Shown: in pieces, positions 9,408 through 18,400 of the stretch | Layout of the letters: every line of letters begins with the position of its first letter | Position numbering within the stretch: the first letter of the stretch is position 1 | Assembly: GCA_965644315.1 (NCBI GenBank) | Contig: CBFFRQ010000195.1 | Location: forward strand, 1 to 21,345 | Length of the DNA stretch: 21,345 nt | Direction of reading: 5' to 3' | From: Caecitellus pseudoparvulus | Lineage: Eukaryota > Protista > Bigyra: Bicosoecida | Translations under genes and position numbers: made by a program | The notes under the pieces: model-generated | What the model was told of the DNA's origin: nothing | What the model saw: only the letters and a program-made list of their open reading frames with translations | The model's database searches: none

Positions 9408-12400
9408 ATGGTGAGCAGCAAGTCGTGGAAGACCTTGCTGCTCTCATGCGCCGTCGCTCTCATCTGCCTCGCTGGCAGCGCCTTCGGCGTGCCTGGCACG
9501 GCGGTGTTTGTTGGCGCTGGCCTCGACAGCGTTTCAGCTCCAGCAGTGCCTTTGGGGCCCGACTTCACAGTAGAGGTGTGTATCCCGCGCACAGCGCAGA
9601 TAGCCGCTAGCCAGCTGCCTGTGTAACTGGAGTGACCCCCCTCGCCCGCCCAGGCATGGGTTTTCTTGACGGATCCCAACACTGACGCATTCGGGGACGT
9701 AAGTCGCCACGCCGTTGCCTGCCCACCCGCTCCCCGGCCCTGTACATTGCGCTGGAGGAACTACCCTTGCTCCTCTCGAACTGTTCGCCTCACGGGAAGC
9801 AATTCGTGCGCGGAGAGATCCCCGGACTCTGTTGCCGGCTCTGAGCGACCCAGTCGTGTCCTCGAGCCAGCCCTCCCACGCACTCTCCACACTTTGCCCG
9901 CCACAGAGCGTCATGATGGACTTCGGCACACCAAGTCGAGGAGCTCCACGCATCACTATAGGGCTCCTAGGTGAATCTGTGCGTGCATTCTGCCAGAACC
10001 GCAGCCAAGGCTTCGTTTTGCTGGCCACTTGGCTGAGGCGTCAACTTCCGCTTCACCCGCACTTCGCAGCGACCTCGACTTCGCCTGTGCATCGACAACG
10101 CTGGGAACCAGGGCCCAGAGGAGCGGTGCCTGGTTGCAGCTGAGAAGTTCCCTACAGATCGCTGGGCCTTTGTCAGCGCTGTCTACGATTCAGCTGCCGA
10201 AGAGGGTCGGCTGTATGTTGACGGACTGTTGAAGAGCATTGGGCGGCTGCCCATCCCTGCGCCAGGCTCCCGGCCCCAGCACATCATCGGGGGCAACTTG
10301 GAGCAGTACGCAGTGGAGTCTGCCGCCTTTATAGTCGACACGACCCGCTTCTGGAGCGTCGCCCGAACCGACCAGCAGATCCGTGACTCGATGTTCGATG
10401 ACGATCTGCCTGACAGCCCCATCCCGGCCTGCCTCGAGCTGGAGCTTGACTGGGAAGAGACTGACTCTGACTGGCAGATCATGGACCGCTCAGGAAACAG
10501 CAGGCACGTCACTGTTCGGACAGACGATGTCTCCGGCGTGCGCTGTAGGTCCACTGCCTGCCGTGTCCCCGTGGATACGGCACTCAGGGTGGTGTGTGGA
10601 GATGGAGTGCGCTCTGGCGCCGAAGGTTGCGACGATGGCAACGCTGAGGGTGGCGATGGCTGCTCAGGGGTGTGCTCTGTCGAACTCGGCTGGGTGTGCC
10701 GAAACGGAGAGGACTTCATCTCAGCAGACTCTTGCGAGCGGGGAGAGGTCCTGTTCGCGGAAGGCTTTGAAGGTGGGGCAGCCTCTGCAAGCGTCTGGGA
10801 CTGGTCCAGTAGCCGAGGTACCAATGGACTCGCTTCAACGTGGGACACGTCTCCGATTTACAAGGCGGGCGGTGAGTTCGGCGTCCGCATCCTCACAGAT
10901 GAGCACACAGCTACGTTGACGGGGTGCCCTGCGTTCCTTGGGAACACCGTGTTCCGGGGGGGCATGCCCCCGACACGTGTGGGGCCCTCAAATCGTGCGA
11001 ACATCGTCAGTTGGGCAGCAACTGGTCTGGGTGGCAGCGAGCCTGGCAGCACAGGCTACGTGCTGGAGTTGGGTAGCTCCACCCCGGTCGCCAGCGACTC
11101 GGCTCACTACACCGTGTGGGAGCGCCGTATCAGCGTGCCGCGCATCCAGGCGCTCTGGAACGAGACGCTGTGGCCGACAGGCTCCGTATCCGAGACATAC
11201 CGAGTGTCGGCGTACTTGTTCGTGGAGCCAGCGTGGGATGCGACAAACACCGACATCCTCCGAGCTGAACTGTTGGACAGCACAGGTGCGGTGCTGGCTT
11301 CGACGGCTGGCACCAGATCGCTACCTACCCAGCGCGCATCGTGGCAGTACGTTCACTTGGACATCACAGCCACTGCCCCAGTGAAGGCCCTCGCCTTCTC
11401 GTTGGTAGGGGACGGTCACACCACGGGGAGGGTGTTCGCTACCGACCTTCAGATTACTCGTCATTGCCCGGGCATCCCACCCGGCATTGTCATGTGGATG
11501 AAAGCAGATGCAGGGCTGCCACTTGGCAGCGACAGAGCTAGAGTGGATCTCTGGCAGGGCTCCTCCTTGGGCCAGTTCCGGGGCATTTCTTCAGGTGACG
11601 CGAGGCCGACCTTGCTGCTTGACCACAACCCAGGACGCTTCTCGGTTGGCAACTGGCAATGGCAGGCTGAACAATACGCGCAAGAAGTAGGGTTGCCTGC
11701 CATTGAGAACACGCCCCCCGAAGGAGGCATGCTGTGGGAGAGCTCCTTGGTGGAAATGTCTCGCCCTGCTACGGTCTGTGTCGTTGACCGCAGGTCGCTT
11801 ACTGGCGCTTTCAACCGCTTGCTTCAGGCTACCAAGCACAACATGGTGCTTGGTGTGTACTCCAGTATTTATCGCGGGTACTACAATGGGAACCGATGGG
11901 TAGGACTGTTCGATGACCGGTCCTACCCAGGTGACTCGAGGAACTACATCTATTACTGGGGCGTCACTTGCGCAGTTACAGGGGCCGACTTTATGGAAGG
12001 CCACGTTGGTGGCAGTCGCCGTGGTAGGTACGAGGGGGGATCCGGAACTTCCCACCTGAATTGGGGGCAGCTGGCCATGGGAAGCTACTCTTTCTACCCT
12101 CAGTTCAAGAACTCCCAGGGGCAGATCGGTGAGATTGTCATGTATCGCCGTGTGTTGTCTAACGCAGAGCGGCAAAACGTCGAGCTGTACTTGGCCCACA
12201 AATGGGGGGCATACCTCACTGAGGACTCGCCCACTGCGCACCCTGTCCGCTACCAGCGCGTTGTACAAAACCCCAACTTCCTTCCTGCTCTGGAGAACCA
12301 GGAGCGAGGCCTCGAAGAGCAGGGCTGGGAGGCCCCCACCTTGGATGCCACGTTCCCGACGCTGCTCCGCCTGCAGAGGCTGAGCCTCTTGCAAGAAAGC

Positions 12401-15400
12401 TTCCCGTTCGGGAGGCGCACAGTGAGCGGGTTGGACATCAACTCCACGAGCATTTTCTCCTTTTCGGTGCGAGTTCGGCGCGAGCCATTTTACATGGGAG
12501 TGCCGCTGTGGGTGCTCCTTGCGGATGACGGCCTGGCGAGTGTCCCGCCAAACCACCCCTGCTTCACAGCGAACGAGCAGTGCGATGCGATTCAAGCATC
12601 CAGCAACCCAGGGCACCGCAAGTTTGTCCGCATTTGTGTGAATGGTGCTCAGGAGCTCGGCTTTTGTGACGAGCTTACTTCTGCACCAGTTGATGTTTGG
12701 GCCAAGAAGTCATTCTCTGTGGCCGGCCTGTTTGAGAAGAAGTATGGCTTTGGCATCAAGCTCCCCACAGGCTTCACGATCGTCCTTGCCACAGTTGCAC
12801 CCCTACAGTCAGCAGAGGTGTTTGTTGACGACATCATGCTCTTGAACACGCGCACTGGGGAGCCAGAGCGCGCATGCCCCCCCCTGACATCCATTTCGCG
12901 GGGTGGAACTTCGCGTTCGGTGACTCTGACCGACCCCGCCTCCACTGCATTCACGAATTGGACCATCCATGCTGCGCCAGCAGGAGGTGTTTCCGCAGCG
13001 CACACTGTTTATGGCAGCCACAGCGTTCTGGAGTTTTCAGGCACAGTGAACAGCAGTATTGACATTGCCCCCGACGTTCGCGGCATCATGACAGGCGACC
13101 CCCGAGTGGCTGCTTTGGCGGAGTCCGAACAGCGATACTCCAGAGAGTACTACATGAAGTTCTCGCTGGAGCTGGGCAGCTCCACCGTCGGTTCTGCCAA
13201 GAACATCCCCTCCATCCACATGTGCTCTGACCAAGTTCGACTCGGCTACAGCTACAACGACAACGCTTGGCTGTATCACTACCGTTCTGACTCGGCTCAA
13301 CGCCCACCCTCTGAAGTGGATGAGTTCATGACGGATGACCCCGTACCATCCAGCGAGTTTGCGAATGACGTGGTCAGAATGTGGGACGAGCCCCGAGTTG
13401 AGGCATGGCACCCGGAGGGCTACTCATACGCCTTCTGGATCAAAGTCGAAGAGCATTCACCCTCTTGGGGCTCAGTCTTTTTCCGAGGCTGTGCCAACCC
13501 CGGGTACACCGAGCTGGACCTGTACAACGTGTTCGGAGTCAGAGACCGGCAGCCGGCAGTGTACATGCGCTCGCGCACTTCCAGATTGTACGTTGCCAAA
13601 GCCCATGAATACTACTGGAGCAACAATTGTGAGCCGTATGAGAGCTTGCCGATTGGAAAGTGGGCTCATGTGGCCATTGTGCTTCGTTCAGGGCTGATGC
13701 AAGTGTTCTACGACGGGTTCCAAGTCTGTGCCCGCAGTTTCCAGGGGTACGACATGTTTCACCCCATCATTCTGGCTGCGGGCAACCGGACCTTCGGCTT
13801 TGGACACTGCTACCCGCCTGCTTCGAACACCCGCATGCGAGGTTTCCAGGCGTACCCCTCAACGTTGACTCTTGCTCAGATTCAAGCGCTTGCTGCCGCC
13901 AACACAGATGTCCCCCCAATTTCGGCGATGTCTGCCCCTGGTGACTCTGCAACGATCGAGTGCTATGTGTCTGAGGAATATGTGCAGGTGTACGAGAACT
14001 CTGTACTGAAGCTGAATCGTTCCCGCGTGACACCAGAGCAGGAAGTTCTGGAGACGCAGCATCTGCTTCACCATGACCAGCCCGTTCGCTTCCGCGCCAT
14101 GGCAAATGTCGGTGATTCTGTCGAGTTCACGGTATCGAATGTGAGCATTGTGGAAAGCCGCGAGGATCTGCGCACGCCTCGCTACTGCTCAGCCAGTGGC
14201 CACATGTACCAGGTTGTGTACCAGCCGGAGGTGTCTTTCCAAGAAGCTCGCCTAGAGGCCTCGAAGAAGCGGTTCAATGGAGCCCAGGGGCGTTTAGCGG
14301 CCATTTCCAGCCAAGCTGAGCTTGACTGCATCACTGCCATGACTGCTTGTGAGCGTGTGTGGATTTCTGGCGTGTGGAATGCGGGCTTGGCCCGCTGGGA
14401 GACCCAAGATGGAGATGCGAAGGCAATTGAACCGCTGACATTCCTCCCATGGGCAGCGAATCGAAACCCATCCGGAACCACCGGCTTTCTTCAGCTCCAC
14501 CCTGGGAAGTGTGACGCCGCCAGCTCCACCCGGCTCGGAACCGTTGGAGAGTGTCAAAATTCTTGCCCGAATCATGTGCGCGGGTATGTCGTCGAGTTCC
14601 CAAGCCCCGTCGAGCAAGGCCGAGATTTGCTGAATGCCTCAACTCCCCTGGTCTCTAGCTCGTCTTTTTCGCCGTCTGAGGCTTCACCAACACAAGCTAT
14701 CGCGAGGGCACATGTCACGGGCTCCCGGTCGCCGGACAGCACTTCTGGCTGGACTTTCTCAGTGGGAAGTGGGCAATCTGCACAGGAGCTGGTATTTGAT
14801 CTTGGGGTAGAGCAACTTGTGTCCAGAGTGGGCATGAAGTTTGACCTGGCTGACTCAACGCCTGGCGAGTCGGCTCGGGTAGAACATGGTGCGAGCGCTG
14901 GCGGCCCATGGACCTTGTTCTCCCACCTGGCAGTTGCAGGGGAGGGAGACATCATCCGGGAACAGGTTTTTGCTGTCAAGCAGCCACCAGTCATCGCCCG
15001 GTTTTGGAGGTTTGTCGTCGGCCCCCATGCCGACCCGGGCAACACGAACGCGGTTCGGCTGCGAGGCGTCTTTGCCCAAGACTTTGGCAGCACTTTCGGC
15101 AAGCTGCTGGTAGATGGCGCCGCTCAGGAACCCGTCGAAGTTGACGACGCAACGTTCTCCGGATTGAAGGTGGTCGTGGTTGACCAGGAGGAGGCTGTGG
15201 TCAAAGCTCGTCGCGCCTTCCCCATGCACGGCCCTGGGCACGCTGAAGCACTTGCTGCATTCTTGGACACTGTGGCAGTCGGAGACTCTGTGATGCTTGC
15301 AGCGCACAACATGAAGCCGCTGCGGGAACTGGCCTTCATGGACAACTTTGTGACACGGTACAGACTTGACTCGCTACGGCGCTCGGCCATCCATGCACCT

Positions 15401-18400
15401 GCGCTTGGCTTCTTCCAACATCATCCAAACTCGACTTGGGAGAATGCCAGGGAAGTTTGCATTCAGCAAAAGGCACAATTGTGCGATAAGGACATTGTGT
15501 GCACGCCTCGATGGAGTAGCTATCTTGGGGGCCTGCTGCTCTTCGACGGGCGATCCAGACAAGGTCGCGCGTACATGGCTGTGTCGGGCCGCGATAACTG
15601 GATCGCGATCGGGCGTAGCCATCCAGCCAGAGATACATGCCGTTATTTCGAGGACGTGGAGACCACCGAAACCAATGACGACACGTTTTTCAGCACGTAC
15701 CCGCACACTTACGCCATGTGCTGTAAGTCGCACGAGCCAGAGCTGGGAGTGAACTGGGTTGAGCACCGCGTTGGCGTCAATGCTCTGTACCCGGGAATGT
15801 TTTACATGAACAACGGCCGCCTCTACGCGCATGGGTATCCTTTCGCTCACCCTAACTTTCCGGGGCGCAACGTTCACACTGAAGACAACGCAAACTTCCT
15901 CTCAAGAGGAGCGGCGCCTCAGGATTGGGGAGGGCACCACGCCTACTACGCGGACCCGCTGGCGATGACTTCTTGGAGCGACTTTCGGTACAACGCTTGG
16001 GTGTACATCAACGGATGGCATGCTGGTCTGACATTCAGGGTTGCTTCTCAGAACACTTACTACCGAGTGTTTGCTCACCTTAGCCCGGCGAGTCGGGCAC
16101 GGGTTTGCTTGTACCGGGTGGTGAATGGAACGTCCAGCCCTTGTTTGGAGTACAAAGATAGCAATGACATGACAATGCCACCCTACCGCCAGTGGTCGGC
16201 GTGGGAGATCACAGCGCAAGGAAGGCACATTGTCGTGACCATCGCTGGCTTGAAGTACGTGGACTTCTGGGACACTTCCCCAGATGCAATTTTTAGTGGC
16301 TCTGTGGGTGTGTATCAGTGGTATGGCCATGGTACCCACTTTGATCATGTGAGCGTGGAGCGATATGCCCGGGTAAACGACACGGTGCTGGCGCAAGCTT
16401 TCGCCACCATCGGGATCAACGGACTGGCAGGGCTACAGGCTGCCGGTGGGCCCGTTGGAGACGCTGTGTCCTCTGGCCGAGCGGCAGGCACGACAGTGTC
16501 TTGGTCAGCCATTGGTATGAAGCGGGACACTTCCATGAACCTCACAGCAGCCTCGCACATCAGTGCTTCTGTTCAGCGAGCGTCGTCAGGGGAAATGGCC
16601 AAGGCGGAGTCCCTCTTCACTTGCAGGGACCAGAATGTAAGCATGACGGAGAACTCTCGGGAGTTCACGGAAGCAAACGTGCCCTTGTCCCTGCAGCCAG
16701 GAGCAAGAGTGGGGGGCTTCTATGTCGTTGGTGCCACAGGCAGCGCGCCATTTGGTGTGGACTCTGCGACAGGCAGTCTTGTCGTGCAAAACCAAGACGC
16801 GCTGAACTTCGAGCAGACCGCAAGCTTCCATGTGCAGGTTGCCGCCGAGAGGGCGCTGTACGACAGTGGGTGGCTCCGCTTCGGGTCACAGGCGGGAAGA
16901 CTGTCGTTTGCCGAGATTCGGCACCACGTCGACTTAGACCCAGCTTCAATGAGGGTGGATGTGCTTGTCAGAGCCGTGGACGGCCCGAACAAGGGTTTCA
17001 TCATGCACGGTACGCCTAACATTTTTGTGAGTGATGTCTCCTTCCTGTTCAAGTACGGTGGCGTGCACTTCGGGTGGGGTAGGGAAAGCGTGCGGTTGTG
17101 GGCTCCATCCTTCTACACTGGCTATGCAGCAGGTTTCGCGTGGCACACTGGACAGGGGTGGGGTGGCAAGTACACTGGTGGTGCAGTGACTGAGGAGGCC
17201 TGGCAGCAAGACTCGCACCTGGTGGACGTCAAACTCGTTGTAGCACCCATCATCCCGCCCAGCTTCGACTCTGGCTGGTTCACGGCATTCGCACACAAAG
17301 GCAGGGGCTCCACACAAGTAGTCTGGCATGGCTGCAAGGGGCTGCCGGGACATGTGCGAGTGCTTGCCAAGTTCACAAGTGGCTGGAATGAGGACTTTGT
17401 CTTTGAGGCTGTTGGGTCTGCGCAAGCAGACAGCTCTGCAACCCTCTTCCATCATGGCGCAGTGGTGTTTGCGTACGACAAAGACATGGTGCGCATTCAC
17501 CTTCCCACAACGCGACTCGAGACGGGGAGTGCGTTGATGACGGGCAGTGGTTGGGCCGGCAACGCCATGCCTTCAAAAGCCAACATTGTGGCTGTTCGTG
17601 TGCAAGCATGGGAGGACACCGACGCCGCAGACCCGCCAACTGCAGTGGCAGACCCCTTCAACCTCCACTCATTCTCATTGGCTCACGCTGAAGTGGAACA
17701 CGGCGTTGGCGTTGTGCCTGGCAAAGTCCAGCTGCTGGCCGCCTTGGACAGTGGCATTGCCTCTGGCTTCCGCTTTGACATGCGGGGGACCACTCCCCAG
17801 CAAAATGGCTACTACTCAGGCATCAACTACGGAGGCGTGGCCTATGCATACAATGAGACGCACACCCGCATGTGGGCTCCCTCGCGGCGCATGGATCGAC
17901 CCCAGAGCTACGCACCGCAGCGAGTTGTGTGGGCCGCGCATGGCTGGGGAGTGGAAGCTGAAGCAGGTGAGATGGTCGCCACGATGTACATGAAGACTTG
18001 GGCCACCCAAGCTTCTTCCGTTGACGTTATTAACACGAACGTGAAGCTACTGGATGTTGCTGAGCCGCCTCGCATGCGCGGTCGCTTTCACGTCTTGGAC
18101 GAGAACCTTGCACTCGGCACGGTCGTCGCCGACCTAGAGGTAGAAGATGGAGACTGTGCAAGGTTTGTGGACTGCAACATTACCTTTTCCATTGTTTCTG
18201 GCAACGTAGGCGGCGTGTTCGGTGTCAACGCCTCGAGTGGCGAAGTGTTTGTGCAAGACCCCACCTTCCTCAACTTCGAGTACCTGAGGGAGCTGCAGCG
18301 CAACCGCACTGAGGACCCCACTGTCGCGACGGCTTTCATTGCCGCTGGTGTCCAAGCCAGTGATGGGCGGCTTGTTTCGCTGGCAATGCCCAGTTTTCAG

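Larger units (their letters stand above)
9500..10515 (+). other. Gene B N-terminal LamG-like domain (spans three introns; boundaries approximate)
   Basis: DFTVEAWVFL, WAFVSAVYD, RLYVDG, VDTTRFWSVART, IMDRSGNSRH. Confidence 0.85.

Noticed and set aside
8687-9626. Track ORFs 8687-9172 (-) and 9090-9626 (+) as small standalone genes
   Set aside because: They are the first exons of A and B, extended upstream from non-ATG starts and read through into intron 1
9971-9976. Alternative donor GTGAAT for gene B intron 3
   Set aside because: With the 10069 acceptor it gives the wrong phase and a stop at 10141-10143; GTGCGT at 9979 preserves the frame
11591-12616. 341-aa - strand ORF
   Set aside because: Antisense shadow of gene B's LamG region
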